Shown here: one piece after another, positions 33,417 through 43,907 of the stretch
How positions within the stretch are numbered: the first letter of the stretch is position 1
How the letters are laid out: each line of letters begins with the position of its first letter
Source of the DNA: an uncultured delta proteobacterium
GTDB lineage: Bacteria; Desulfobacterota; Binatia; UBA9968
DNA: 64,000 bases
Direction: 5' to 3'
Assembly (NCBI GenBank): GCA_963737905.1
Contig: CAVTUQ010000002.1
Location: 288,001-352,000, forward strand
Made by a program: the position numbers and the translations under genes
Notes under the pieces: generated by a model
The model's input: only the letters and a program-made list of their open reading frames with translations
Told to the model about the DNA's origin: nothing
The model's database searches: none

Positions 33417-33496
33417 CCCGATCATCCGGCGCTCGATCCGCGGCCGGACATGGTCGAAGCTTTTAAAAAACTAGGTCTTTTCCGGGAGAGGACATC

Positions 33497-34534
33497 ATGA
33501 ATATGAAACATTTTGGAATGAGCATGCTCGTGCTTGCGCTGTCGGCTGCCGGCGGCGCTGCATGGCCGCAGAACGTCAAAATCACGCCCCTCGGCACGCA
33601 CCCGGGCGAACTGTGCGACCGCGACCGCGCGACCATCTTCGAAGACCCGACCGGCGTGCGTATCCTTTACGATGCCGGGCAGTCGGTAATGGGCGGCGAA
33701 GACCCGCGCCTGGGCACCATCCACGTCGTGCTGCTGAGCCATGCCCATACCGATCACATCGGGGACCGCAAGATCGCCGCGCTCAACGCGGGTTCGTGCG
33801 AGAAACCGGAAACGGTGTCGGCGCTGCCAAATTCTACCACCGCCGAGATTGCGGCGGCGAAGAATGCTTCGCTAATCATGATCCGCAACATGGCGTTCTT
33901 TCTCGGCAAAAAGATCCAGAACATCCGCGGCAAGCCGACCGGGAATTGCGCCGAGACCGGCGGCAGCATTGCCGCGGTGCAGGAGGCGCCCTGCCTCGCG
34001 CCAGTCGAACTCGGTGGCACCAAGAACGTCAAGGCCGCCGGCGGCGCGAGCGGCGTCGAGATCACCACCGTATACGCGGCACACGACAGCACGCTTTCGC
34101 GCGAACTGCTGACCGATGCGCAGAAGAAAATACTCGAGCCGGACAACATCAGCGTAAGCCTCGGAGCGCCAAGCGGCTACGTAATCAAGTTCACCAACGG
34201 GCTGCGTGCTTATCTGTCGGGGGACACCGGGTTGCACTCAGAGATGCGCACGGTCGTGCGCGAGTATTACCGCGTCAATCTGGCGGTCATCAACATGGGT
34301 CTGAACGCGATCCAGCCCGACGCGGCGGCGTACGCGATCAACGAACTGGTCCGCCCCGCATCGGTGATCGTGTCGCATCCGAACGAGGGAGTAACTTCAG
34401 GCGGCGCGCTGCGGCCGAATACGCGCACCAAGACGTTCATCGATCTGGTCAAGGGCCGGCCGGTTTACCTCGCGATCAGCGGGCGCACGCTGGAGTTCGA
34501 CGGCAGCGGAAGTTGTGTGGCCGGCGGCTGTTGA
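33497..34534 (+). CDS. MBL-fold metallo-hydrolase (secreted)
   Basis: SHAHTDH, YLSGDTG, signal peptide. Confidence 0.88.
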   Translation: MNMKHFGMSMLVLALSAAGGAAWPQNVKITPLGTHPGELCDRDRATIFEDPTGVRILYDAGQSVMGGEDPRLGTIHVVLLSHAHTDHIGDRKIAALNAGSCEKPETVSALPNSTTAEIAAAKNASLIMIRNMAFFLGKKIQNIRGKPTGNCAETGGSIAAVQEAPCLAPVELGGTKNVKAAGGASGVEITTVYAAHDSTLSRELLTDAQKKILEPDNISVSLGAPSGYVIKFTNGLRAYLSGDTGLHSEMRTVVREYYRVNLAVINMGLNAIQPDAAAYAINELVRPASVIVSHPNEGVTSGGALRPNTRTKTFIDLVKGRPVYLAISGRTLEFDGSGSCVAGGC

Positions 34535-34587
34535 TTGATCGCAGTGAGATGGGCTTTCACGTCCGCGAACGCTTCGATCTTCATAAT

Positions 34588-35557
34588 TCAAATGATTGCC
34601 TTTGTCGCAATCGTCGTCATCCGCTCCTCTCTGAAAAATTTAAGCTCAGGGGCGCTTCCACGTATCCACGTTCGGAGGATCTGTCCCGCGATCTTGTCTG
34701 GATCCGCCCCAGGAATCGGTTCGAACTTCTGCAGCCGGCCCGCGAAGCAATCTGCCAGGTACAGATTACCGAGTTGATTCGTTGTGATCCCGTGTGAACA
34801 ATTTAGCCGACCAGCCTGGCCACCCGGGGCGCCCCAGCCGTACAGAAAATTTCCGTTGAGATCGAACTTGAGGATTCGACTCGTGGGCGCATCGCCGACC
34901 CAGATGAAACCTTTGTCATCGATGAAGTGATTCACCATGAGCGTGGTCTGACTGGCGGGCCAGTGCGGTGATCTTAGCGGCCACATATCGAGAAACTTCC
35001 CGTTCTCGTCGAAAACCTGCATCCGGGCATGTCCGCGGTCGATGATGAAGAGCCGGCGGTCGGCGCTGATCGCGATGCTGTGGACCGTATTCCACTCGTT
35101 TGGTCCCGGGTTCTTCGGGTCCTTGGGCGGCCCGCCCCAGTCCATGATGAAGTTATCGTTCGCGTCGTACTTGACGACACGTGTGCCGCCGTAGCCGTCG
35201 GTTATGAAGTAAGTCCCGTCGGGCAGCCAGGCGATGTCCGTCGGCCGGTCGAACGTGTTGGGCCCGCGACCGCGCACGCCGAGCTGCCCTTTGCTGTGAA
35301 CCAGCTTACCGTCATACGTAAACCGGTAAATCATGTGGAGCTGGTCGTCGATGATCCAGACGTGCTTCTCTTTGTCGTAGGGGCTGATCTTGATCTGGTG
35401 CGGCCCGCGGCCGCAGGGAAGCTTGGAGAATAGCTCGTCGAGATGCGGCCACTCGTCCACGAGGTTGCCCTGACGATCGAACACGATGATCGAGTGCTGG
35501 AACCGGCGCTCCCATCCCCGCTTTTTCACAGACTCGCACGTTGCCGATAACCCGTCC
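34588..35557 (-). pseudogene. NHL-repeat / peptidylglycine alpha-amidating lyase-like protein, 5'-truncated
   Basis: FDRPTDIAWLPDG, DGYGGTRV, HSIAI, DRG..R.QVFD; no signal peptide or good start upstream. Confidence 0.65.
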
Positions 35558-35651
35558 CATTTACACGTTGTGCATTGTAGAGTAATTCTGAATCCAATTT
35601 GCGGGAGATTTCGAACAACTTCGAAGCTTCGGTACCGGGAGGACCACCAAG

Positions 35652-36380
35652 ATGATCCAAAAACTTTGCCGAACCGGCCTTGCCATTATCGCAGCGCTGG
35701 CCATCGCGAGCAGCGCCGGTCAGGCGTTGGCGCAAGCTGAGCGCTTCGAGATCGCCAGCATCAAAGCCATACGGCCGACGCTGGTCAACACCATCGCCGC
35801 GTTGCAGGCGGGCGATGTCGCGCGTGCAAAGGCTGCCTTCGAGGCCTACGACTCCGCGTGGAACGGCATCGAAGTCTACGTCAACGTCCGCAGCAAGGCG
35901 ATGTACCAAACTCTGGAGCACGAGTACCAGGCGCGGATCGCCAAAGCGCTGGATGCCCCCAATCCGAACATCCCGTCACTGCTCGCGGACGCGCAGGCGA
36001 TGCTGGCCAAATTCGACGAGACCGTCGCCTTGATCTCCCCGATGCCGCCGCTTAATTCATTTTATGACGACATTGCACGGCTGCGCATCGTGCGCGCGCA
36101 CCTGCGCGAAGTACCCCCTGCGTTAAAGGCCGGCGACTTCGCGAAGGCGCGGAGGTCCTTTCAAGCCTTCGACGACAACTGGGATAGCATCGAAGATCTC
36201 ATCAAGGCGCGCAACCCCGACTCCTATGTGGCGATCGAGAAAGGTATGATCGAGATCGAATACGCGCTGAAGCCCGACAAACCCGACGTTGCCCAGGTCA
36301 CCGCCAAGGTCAATGAGGTGATGCGCCTCTACAATGAAGCCCTCGCAGAGGTTGTGAAGGACGCCAGGGCACACCACTAG
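35652..36380 (+). CDS. Secreted helical hypothetical protein with internal duplication
   Basis: Signal peptide; ALQAGD...F..YD..W..IE repeated as ALKAGD...F..FD..W..IE; GGAGG RBS. Confidence 0.75.
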   Translation: MIQKLCRTGLAIIAALAIASSAGQALAQAERFEIASIKAIRPTLVNTIAALQAGDVARAKAAFEAYDSAWNGIEVYVNVRSKAMYQTLEHEYQARIAKALDAPNPNIPSLLADAQAMLAKFDETVALISPMPPLNSFYDDIARLRIVRAHLREVPPALKAGDFAKARRSFQAFDDNWDSIEDLIKARNPDSYVAIEKGMIEIEYALKPDKPDVAQVTAKVNEVMRLYNEALAEVVKDARAHH

Positions 36381-36545
36381 AGAATCCTTTGGGGATCTGG
36401 AAGTAACCGACCCCGAACAGCGCATCAGAGAGCAGAACACAAGTTCGTTACGCTTGAATTCTTGAACTTTGAACTGTTAAACCGCCGTGTAGCGCGGAGC
36501 GAAGCGATTGAACGATTGGTACGCCAAGATGTGCAACTCACAGGA

Positions 36546-36653
36546 ATGAGGGTTTGGTGAGCAGCGATCGCAGAGCGATCCGGGAACTGAGCCGAAGATT
36601 CAGAAAATGCTTTCAGCACCTCACCAGGCTAAGTACTTAAGTCAAGATTTGCC
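36546..36653 (+). repeat. HUH-end repeat copy R1
   Basis: GGGTTTGGTGAG...CTCACCAGGCTAAGTACTTAAGTCAAGATTTGCC. Confidence 0.9.
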
Positions 36654-36811
36654 TCTACGCCTTGCGATGATTTCTGGCCAGACACGTTTCATTTTTAGCA
36701 ATTTCGCTTAGTCCATTTACTTCTCTGTTAATCTGCAGGTCGAATTGTATTCGGGAGTGCAGCGTTGGCGTCGCCGCTTCATCATGTGATAGATTACCAA
36801 GGGAGGCAGTT

Positions 36812-37045
36812 ATGTCCTGGATTGTGTCAGATGCCGATCATCTAGGCGGCAAACCCCGCGTACGGGATACCCGCATCGCGGTTGCGTTGCTTTTGGAGTG
36901 GCTGGCGGCGGGAATGACGATCGAAGAGATCGTCAAGGAGTATCCCAGCCTCACTGAGGAGGCGGTTCGTGGAACGTTGGAAGAATTAGCCCACTCTGAA
37001 TTGTTGGCGCCTAGTGAAAATTCTTCTCGACGAGAACATGCCTGA
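36812..37045 (+). CDS. DUF433 family antitoxin
   Basis: GGKP.VR.TRI.V..LLE.LAAG.T.EEI..EYP.L. Confidence 0.88.
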   Translation: MSWIVSDADHLGGKPRVRDTRIAVALLLEWLAAGMTIEEIVKEYPSLTEEAVRGTLEELAHSELLAPSENSSRREHA

Positions 37046-37358
37046 GTCGTTGGTCGTTGCCCTGGAAGATCTCGGTCACGAGGTTGATTCGGTCAATCAT
37101 CTCAAACTGAAAGGGCTCGATAACGGGACACTCTATCGGCAAGTTGCGGTCCAATATGACCTCTGTTTTACCAGAGATACTGGCTTTGCTCACAATGTTC
37201 GCCAGATGCGAGATCCTTCACAAGTTAAAGTTCTGCGCGTAATAGTTCCCAACAGCGTACCGAATCATTCGTTCCGGCTTTTGTTGATGCTTTTCAAAAG
37301 TCCAATTGGTCGCGCTACTCGAATGGCGACGATTGGCCCTAGCTCCAAGGATACATAA
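37014..37358 (+). CDS. DUF5615 PIN-like toxin (probable frameshift ~37249)
   Basis: MKILLDENMP, HEVDSV, TRD.GF; adding one C gives a better C-terminus ending 37342. Confidence 0.82.
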   Translation: MKILLDENMPESLVVALEDLGHEVDSVNHLKLKGLDNGTLYRQVAVQYDLCFTRDTGFAHNVRQMRDPSQVKVLRVIVPNSVPNHSFRLLLMLFKSPIGRATRMATIGPSSKDT

Positions 37359-37565
37359 AGGTTGGTCGAGACGCAGTGGGAAAGTCTCCTAGCCCAAATG
37401 GTGCTAGGGCACCAAGATTTTGTCGAGAAGCTAAAAGGAATGAAGATCAAGGGTTTGGTAAGGCGCGATCGGAGAGCGATCCGGGAAAAGATCGAGACTG
37501 AAGCGAAGATCCGAAAATGGTTTCAGGATCTCACCAGGCGAAGTACTTAAGTCAAGATTTGCCCA
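37349..37565 (+). repeat. HUH-end repeat copy R2 (includes a more upstream transposase segment)
   Basis: Encodes ETQWESLLAQMVLGHQDFVEKLK..GLVRRDRRAIREKIETEAKIRKWFQDLTRRST*; ends AAGATTTGCCCACTAG. Confidence 0.9.
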
Positions 37566-37617
37566 CTAGCGGCCGTTTCTTTGCGCAGGGAAAAAGTACG
37601 TGACCTATTTGACAGAT

Positions 37618-37932
37618 TTACGAACCCAATTTAGATTTTTTTCGGACTTGCGAAGGGCGTTTGGCTTGATGACGCCGAGCGACAGTCTTCCAGAATTCGT
37701 TGTGTGACACTCCTTTGCCTGCTTTAATGCTTCTTCGTGATTTAGCAAGCAAAGACTGGAACCGGCGCGAGTGGGCTAGCATGAGCCGTTCCAAATCGTC
37801 ACTATCCTTCGGCGCTAGCAATACCGCGGCGGCCTTGCCGTTGCGCGTAATAATGACCGGGCCCTCATTCGCGCATTCATCTACATAAGCACTGAGATGG
37901 GCTTTCACGTCCGCGAGCGCTGCGATCTTCAT
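37618..37932 (-). CDS. Phd/YefM family antitoxin
   Basis: ADVKAHLSAYVD, PVIITRNGKAAAVL. Confidence 0.9.
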   Translation of the reverse strand: MKIAALADVKAHLSAYVDECANEGPVIITRNGKAAAVLLAPKDSDDLERLMLAHSRRFQSLLAKSRRSIKAGKGVSHNEFWKTVARRHQAKRPSQVRKKSKLGS

Positions 37933-38252
37933 AGTTCGAACTCCTGTCCGCCAATAAACAACCGATCGCCTTTTTTCACGCCGATCGCCAAGACAGAGAC
38001 AGTCTTTTCCTCATGATTCACGTTGTAAAAAACACGAAACGAGTTGTTTGGCCCAAAACGCAATTCCCAGGTCGCGCCGAACCAGGCCGGCTCTTCAAGC
38101 GGTTTACGGTTTCGAGTCTCCGTCGTGGGCGTGTGGGAAAGCTGCTCTTCGGTGGTCGTCGCGACCAAACGGTGATATTTAAGCTCGATCCAATCCAAAT
38201 GTTTGTACGTCTCTGGCGCATAGCTGATCGCAAATGTGGATCGCCGCGCCAT
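37929..38252 (-). CDS. RelE/ParE family toxin
   Basis: WELRFG...FRVFYNV...V.VLAIGVK; ATGA overlap with the antitoxin. Confidence 0.85.
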   Translation of the reverse strand: MARRSTFAISYAPETYKHLDWIELKYHRLVATTTEEQLSHTPTTETRNRKPLEEPAWFGATWELRFGPNNSFRVFYNVNHEEKTVSVLAIGVKKGDRLFIGGQEFEL

Positions 38253-38260
38253 TGACCACA

Positions 38261-38288
38261 ATTATAGTCATCAACCAGTGGAAATCAA
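38261..38288 (-). promoter_or_regulatory. Promoter of relE-phd pair, probably leaderless
   Basis: TTGATT-16nt-TATAAT, ATG 8 nt downstream. Confidence 0.6.
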
Positions 38289-38380
38289 ATACTCGCAGCG
38301 ATCCGCCGCGTCATATCCGCGCAAATTCATGACCCACACGATTGCAGTGAGCGAGGAAAGAGCAGTGCTAAAGATCAGCT

Positions 38381-38737
38381 TATCGAATCATCCAAAGCAT
38401 CGACGCCGAAGCGCTAATCAAGCAAGCAGGAGATTATTTCCGGCTAAGCGGCAGAGTTTACCAGGAAACGGTGTGGTATTGGCAGGAACGAGCGCTAGTG
38501 ATCATTGCACCAATACAGCGAGCTTAAGGTCTCGGTGGTTTACCGTCTCTCCGACGGCTTGAACGGTTTGAACGGATTGAACTGTTTGAACAAGTAACGG
38601 CTCATTGCCGAGCGGTTTAGGAGGGTTTGGTGAGCCGTGACCGCGGAGCCATCCGGGAAAAGATCGAGACTGAAGCGAAGATCCGAAAATGGTTTCAGGA
38701 TCTCACCAGGCCAAGTACTTGAGTCAAGATTCGACCC
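38381..38737 (+). repeat. HUH-end repeat copy R3 (longest; contains 9-mer insert)
   Basis: RIIQSIDAEALIKQAGDYF... through ...AAGATTCGACCCTAG. Confidence 0.9.
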
Positions 38738-38835
38738 TAGCGACTTTGCGCTTGTCGTAGCTAATTTCCGCGCAACAAGATTGGCAAGAGCACTAAGAAC
38801 AAGCTGAAGTTGGCGAGCGCGTAAATTGCGCGTGG

Positions 38836-39918
38836 TTACCGAGACGGCCGCGCCGGCAGTGGCGCCGGCCCGGAAAGTCTCTTGAAGAGATCGATGATCT
38901 CGGCTTCCCGCGGCAACTCGCGAAGCTGTGTTTCGAATTCCTCCCAAGTTAGCGGCATGGCTGGCTCCGAGGTGAGTTTCTCGTAAGCTTTGATGTACTC
39001 CGGGTCGGCTAAGGCTTTGCGCATGGCCTCACGCAATATTTTGACTTGCTCCGCCGGCGTGCCCGGCGGCAGCACAAACGGCTGGCCGGTGTCGCGTGCG
39101 CCGCGAAAAAGCTGAATGAGACGGCGGTCTTGATTTGAGCGAGCGAAACTCTCGATCTCGGAAAGTTTGGCGAGCCTGGTATCGGCGTGTTTGAAGCCCT
39201 TGGGGATGTCGATGGTGGCGTGAACATGTACCAGATCTTTATCCAACCACGCTACATTGCGCGTCAGCAAGCTGTCCAGGATGCTTACCCTGGCATCGAT
39301 TTCGTTCCTCTCCAAAGCGAAGTCGATCTCCCGCGGCGTGTAGCCGGTGACAAAACGCGGCTCTTTCATGTCCAGCATGTAGGCGAATAGCCGGGCCATG
39401 GTGTAAAGACTGTGACCGACGGCCGGGGCGCCGATGCGCACACCGCGGGACGCGGTCAAAGTTTCCCGGCTGTTGAAGCCAGCGGCCTTGCGCGTAAGAA
39501 AAGCATAGGGCGCATAGCGGGCATGAGAGCCGAGATAAATGAATTTGTCCAGATCATAGAGCACGTCGGTCTCGCCGAAAATCGTGCCCTGCACCATTCC
39601 CGTGATCATGGCGCCGACGGTCAAACCATCAGGCCGGACTGACTTGTACATGTGATTGGCTGCCTTGCGCCCGCCGGCGCCGGACATGTATTGCATGACG
39701 ATGGCAGGATGGCCGGGGATATGTTTTTTCAAGACCGGAATCACTGCGCGTGTACGTAGATCGCCCGCACCGCCGGCGTCAGTGCCGCTAAGGAGAAGAA
39801 CATTCTTGCCTTCATAGAAAGGCGTCTGGGCCAATGCCGCTGGGGCCAAGACGATCCACTGCGCCAGCAGAAGAAAGACGGTAAACACGACGATCTGCAG
39901 TTTGTGTTCTTTTTCCAT
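38836..39918 (-). CDS. Tripartite tricarboxylate transporter (TctC/Bug) substrate-binding protein
   Basis: TPFYEGK, GG..D...R, IPG.P, GAGG..AAN, PDGLT, PPGTP. Confidence 0.87.
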   Translation of the reverse strand: MEKEHKLQIVVFTVFLLLAQWIVLAPAALAQTPFYEGKNVLLLSGTDAGGAGDLRTRAVIPVLKKHIPGHPAIVMQYMSGAGGRKAANHMYKSVRPDGLTVGAMITGMVQGTIFGETDVLYDLDKFIYLGSHARYAPYAFLTRKAAGFNSRETLTASRGVRIGAPAVGHSLYTMARLFAYMLDMKEPRFVTGYTPREIDFALERNEIDARVSILDSLLTRNVAWLDKDLVHVHATIDIPKGFKHADTRLAKLSEIESFARSNQDRRLIQLFRGARDTGQPFVLPPGTPAEQVKILREAMRKALADPEYIKAYEKLTSEPAMPLTWEEFETQLRELPREAEIIDLFKRLSGPAPLPARPSR

Positions 39919-40754
39919 TAGCCGGTTAGCTCCCACCAGTTCTTGTCCAGGTCGCTAAAGATAAAACTGGTTTTGCCGTTGATAGTGTCGAGCTGGCCGA
40001 GCTCGGTGATGCCGGCGGCCTCGCCGTTGGTCGAGAATTCGCGGTGCGCTTGCTCAACTGCCGCGGCTGAATCCATTTGCAAAGTGAATCGGTTCACCGG
40101 TGCTAGATACTGACGCGGGCTGCGCTTCAAGACCACGATGTACCAGGGTGCGGCGGCGTGCTTGACGTATTGGGCGTTGTTGAATCCCGCCAGGATTTCG
40201 AGTCCCAAAACATCGATGTAGAAGCGGCGGCTGCGCTCGATGTCGTCGCACTGGAGCGTGCCGTGGGTGAAAGCCTGCGGCACGTAGCCGCGTTCGGAAA
40301 AGCGCTCGTCGGTGAGCGGCTTATCCCAATGGCCGGCGGTGTGAGCGCGGCCGTGCTGCGCGCCACCGGGATTGTAATATTCGATCTCCAGATGGTTGCC
40401 GCCGGGCTCGCGAAAATAGATCGAGTAAGCGAAGTGCGCGCTCTGCGGTTTGGTGATTTTGCTGAGGTGGTATTTCTCTTTGTTGGCCTCGATGTATTTC
40501 CAGGCGGCTTCGACTTCTTCATGGCGGGCGACGCGAAAGCCGTAGTGATTGTCAAAGCCCTTTTCTGGCGCGTCCGGACCGCCTTCGTGGACGATCAGGC
40601 GCCAGTCGGTATTGGGATGCTTGAGGGTGGCCTCGCCCGCTTTTTGCTCGACGATCTCCATCGCCAATAGATCGGTAAAGACCGGAAGGGTTTCCGACAG
40701 CGACCGGCATTCGTAATGGCCCGCAACGAGGCCGGTGGTGCGCAAAATTGACAT
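39918..40754 (-). CDS. Two-domain VOC/glyoxalase family protein
   Basis: H...HYGF, SIYFREPGGN.LEI, second domain THGTL...SDLDKNWWE; TAATG overlap. Confidence 0.85.
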   Translation of the reverse strand: MSILRTTGLVAGHYECRSLSETLPVFTDLLAMEIVEQKAGEATLKHPNTDWRLIVHEGGPDAPEKGFDNHYGFRVARHEEVEAAWKYIEANKEKYHLSKITKPQSAHFAYSIYFREPGGNHLEIEYYNPGGAQHGRAHTAGHWDKPLTDERFSERGYVPQAFTHGTLQCDDIERSRRFYIDVLGLEILAGFNNAQYVKHAAAPWYIVVLKRSPRQYLAPVNRFTLQMDSAAAVEQAHREFSTNGEAAGITELGQLDTINGKTSFIFSDLDKNWWELTG

Positions 40755-40952
40755 TGTTTTCTCCCTGAGACCGTAATCCGCGGCTCCGTGCAAAATATCA
40801 GCACGCCAAAGTGGTAGCAATGCTGTCCGACACGGTCTCAGTTCCCGTACAGCGTTTTGAGAAATCCTTCCTTTTCCACCGACCATTAGCATAACGGTGA
40901 AAGCCGGCAAGTTCAGTCAACATTCGATCTCTTTTCGCCCGTTAATGGGTGG

Positions 40953-40981
40953 TTGCGACATGACCTGTATATGACTATAAT
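40953..40981 (+). promoter_or_regulatory. Promoter of phd-vapC pair, probably leaderless
   Basis: TTGCGA-17nt-TATAAT, ATG 6 nt downstream. Confidence 0.65.
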
Positions 40982-40987
40982 CTGGCC

Positions 40988-41239
40988 ATGAATGTTGTAA
41001 ATGTAGCCATTTTAAAGGAAAAACTCAGTTACTATCTGAGCCTGGTCAAGTTGGGCGAAGAAGTCGTCGTCACCTCGCATCGTCATCAGGTCGCGCGAAT
41101 AGTTCCGGCGGCCGCTCCTTCGGCGGAGATCGTGGAGCCTACTCGCCCGGTCAAAGACTTAAAAAAAGTAAGAGGCATTACGCCCAGACGATCGTCGTCC
41201 GGAGTGAAATCTCTTTTAGACGACCGCCGGCGCCGATGA
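40988..41239 (+). CDS. Phd/YefM (VapB-type) antitoxin
   Basis: VAILKEKLSYYL.LVK.GEEVVVT...VARIVP. Confidence 0.88.
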   Translation: MNVVNVAILKEKLSYYLSLVKLGEEVVVTSHRHQVARIVPAAAPSAEIVEPTRPVKDLKKVRGITPRRSSSGVKSLLDDRRRR

Positions 41240-41655
41240 CCGTTTACGTCGACACGTCGATCGTCCTGCGCATACTGTTACGGGAGCCGAACCCGGTAGG
41301 CATTTGGGGTCAATGGAACAAAGCCTACAGCAGCGCCCTGTGGCGCGTCGAAGCGTTGAGAACGGTCGACCGGCTCCGGTTAACTCAAGAAATCTCCGAT
41401 TCCGAAGTCGCGGAGCTCGTGCATGAAATCAAGATTATCAACCAAACCTTCGCGATTCACCCGCTCACAAACCAAATCTTTCAGCGAGCGAGCGAAACTT
41501 TTCCCACTGTGGTCGGAACCCTGGATGCGATTCATTTAGCCACGGCGCTCTCGATACGTGAAATTGAAAATATTGATTACCTGCTGACCCATGATTCGCA
41601 ACTCGGCACCGCTGCTAGAAGCCTTGGATTCGACGTGATGGGAATGGATCAGTAA
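41236..41655 (+). CDS. vapC: VapC PIN-domain toxin
   Basis: YVDTS, TLDAIHLATAL, THD.QL; ATGA overlap. Confidence 0.9.
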   Translation: MTVYVDTSIVLRILLREPNPVGIWGQWNKAYSSALWRVEALRTVDRLRLTQEISDSEVAELVHEIKIINQTFAIHPLTNQIFQRASETFPTVVGTLDAIHLATALSIREIENIDYLLTHDSQLGTAARSLGFDVMGMDQ

Positions 41656-41699
41656 AAAGATCGGCGCCGAAATGTGGGGGCTGCGAAATACCGGAGGGA

Positions 41700-41971
41700 C
41701 TGCGGGCGGTATCGGCAGGAACGAGCGCTCGTGATGGAGCTATTGCATCGATACAGCGAGCTTAAGGTCTCGGTGGTTTACCGTGTCTCCGACGGCTTGA
41801 ACGGTTTGAACGGATTGAACTGTTTGAACGAGCAACGCTCATTGCCGAGCGGTTTAAAGGTTTGGATGAGGATTTGGTGAACCGCGATCGCAGAGTGATC
41901 CGGAAAAGATCGCGACTGAATCGAAGATTCGAAGTGGTTTCAGGATCTCGCGACGGTAATTGCTTGACCCC
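41700..41971 (+). repeat. HUH-end repeat copy R4 (9-mer insert; variant end TTGACCCC)
   Basis: GRYRQERALVMELLHRYSELK then insert then GGATGAGGATTTGGTGAACCGCGATCG...TTTCAGGATCTC. Confidence 0.85.
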
Positions 41972-42185
41972 ATGCCTCAATGAGTCGCTCGACCTCCGGA
42001 TTTTCGAAGATCCTAACGATAACTTTGTCCAACTAGTCAACATGTCCCTATTCTCCATCCGGTTCAGTCAAGCTTATCTCGTCAAGGCCTAAATTTCCCT
42101 CGACTTAGCAAATCGGCTTTTATAATGTGAGCTGTGACCGGTTTCGGTGCCTGCTCGATTTTTTGTTTCCAGGAGGAACTGAACA

Positions 42186-43166
42186 ATGAAAAAAATCATC
42201 GTGTCGATGATCTCGCCACTGCTGATCGGCGTGTTGCTGCTTACCGCTCCATCGACGTTCGCCCTAGATAAAGTCAACGTTACTCTGCCATCCAGGTCGT
42301 TTCAGTTCATCATCTTTCCGCTCGCCAAGGAGCAGGGTTATATGAGGGAGGAAGGAATCGATCTTAATATCGTCGTCATGGCGTCCACCCCTAGCCTTCA
42401 AGCCGTGCTGGCCGGAGAAATGGATTTCACCGGTTCCGGGAGCGGCGCTCTAGTCGCTGTCGCTAAAGGTAATGCTCCGTTCAAAACCGTGTTGGCGGTC
42501 ACCGACCAGGTGCTGCAGTGGCTCGTCGTGCGGCCGGAGTACAGTGCTTTCAAAGAACTAAAAAATAAGAAGATCGCCGTGACCGGGGTCGCCACGGTGG
42601 CGCCGTTCATGTTGAAGAGGATCGCTCTAAAATACGGTCTCGACGGCAACAGGGATTTTACGTTTATCGCGCTGCCGCCTGGTCAACGCCTCACGGCGCT
42701 CCAATCGGGAGCCGTGGATGCCGGCCTATTGAGCTCGGAGGAACGCTTTGCTGCTCTCGATCTCGGTATGAAAGAGATCTTGTATCTGGGCAAAGAGGTG
42801 AAAAATTCTTGGGGCACAGTGGCGACCACCGATCAATTTATCAAAGCCAAACCAAAGGTGACGCATGGTTTCATGCGTGCCCTCCTTAAATCCCTGCGCC
42901 TCGTCAAGCAGAACCGCGAGATCGCGATGGACACCATGATGAAATTTTCAGGGTTAACCAAGGAATTGGCGGCGCGGACATACGACGGCATGATCGGAAC
43001 CTTTACAACCAACGGCGTGGTCGACGAAGAGACGCAGAGAAACGATCTCGACATCGTTCGCGAGGTCTTCAATATATCAAAGGAGGTGCCCATCGAGCGG
43101 GCCTACGATTTCAGGTTCGCAAAGAAGGCGGACAGCGAGCTGACACAAGAAGGCTGGAAACCTTAG
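42186..43166 (+). CDS. NitT/TauT ABC substrate-binding protein, copy 1
   Basis: Signal peptide, A.E.GY..EEG.D, ELKNKKIAV; AGGAGG RBS; TATAAT at 42121. Confidence 0.88.
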   Translation: MKKIIVSMISPLLIGVLLLTAPSTFALDKVNVTLPSRSFQFIIFPLAKEQGYMREEGIDLNIVVMASTPSLQAVLAGEMDFTGSGSGALVAVAKGNAPFKTVLAVTDQVLQWLVVRPEYSAFKELKNKKIAVTGVATVAPFMLKRIALKYGLDGNRDFTFIALPPGQRLTALQSGAVDAGLLSSEERFAALDLGMKEILYLGKEVKNSWGTVATTDQFIKAKPKVTHGFMRALLKSLRLVKQNREIAMDTMMKFSGLTKELAARTYDGMIGTFTTNGVVDEETQRNDLDIVREVFNISKEVPIERAYDFRFAKKADSELTQEGWKP

Positions 43167-43196
43167 AAACTTTTTCACGGTCGGACTTGGTCGGAC

Positions 43197-43394
43197 TATC
43201 GAATGATCCAAAGCATCGACGCCGAAGCGCTAATCAAGCAAGCAGCGGATGATCGCCGGGTGGTTTGTAGGTTTGGATGAGGATTTGGTGAACCGCGATC
43301 GTAGAGCGATCCGGGAAAGGATCGAGACCCAACCGAAGTTCGGAAAGTGGTTTCAGGATCTCACCAGGTTAAGTACTTGAGTTACGATTTGACC
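43197..43394 (+). repeat. HUH-end repeat copy R5
   Basis: GAATGATCCAAAGCATCGACG...CGATTTGACCGCTAG. Confidence 0.9.
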
Positions 43395-43423
43395 GCTAGC
43401 GATCGCCCTGCACCATTTTTTGC

Positions 43424-43524
43424 TCCACGGTTCATTAGATGATAGACAGCTCCGGGACACTGGATACGAAGCGGCCGTGGCATAAGACGGTGAGTACCAC
43501 AGATTGTCAACAAAAGATTTGACC
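43424..43524 (-). mobile_element. 5' end fragment of a Y1/HUH (RAYT/IS200-like) transposase element
   Basis: ATG 43483 reads MPRPLRIQCPGAVYHLMNRG (typical Y1_Tnp N-terminus), preceded by GGTCAAATCTT, the reverse complement of the repeat terminus. Confidence 0.8.
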
Positions 43525-43907
43525 ACTCTAGGACCTTTTAGAGGAGAGTCCATCTGACCCCCTTTTTCATCCACTTTTTTCATCCAAAAATCGAGCATCT
43601 CCCTTTTCCCTTGCCATCATTGGCCGGGAACCAATGTGGTAACTTTGTGTCAATTCTCTCCGCTATTCTTTCACCCGGCAAAAGATCCAGCGAAATTTTC
43701 TTGTCGGACTGTTCTCGATGGCCTAAAATTCGTCACCATGATCGAAATTCGGATATGGATTTTCCGATCTCGGAGAATCTGACGCAAGAAGCTGATCTGC
43801 TCTCATCAACCTCTTGAGATTGCAAAATTGTCGGCGTGTTCATACGGCTTATATCAAATAAAATATCATGTCTGACCCAGTGTCCAGTGTCTGACCCCGC
43901 TCGCCCA

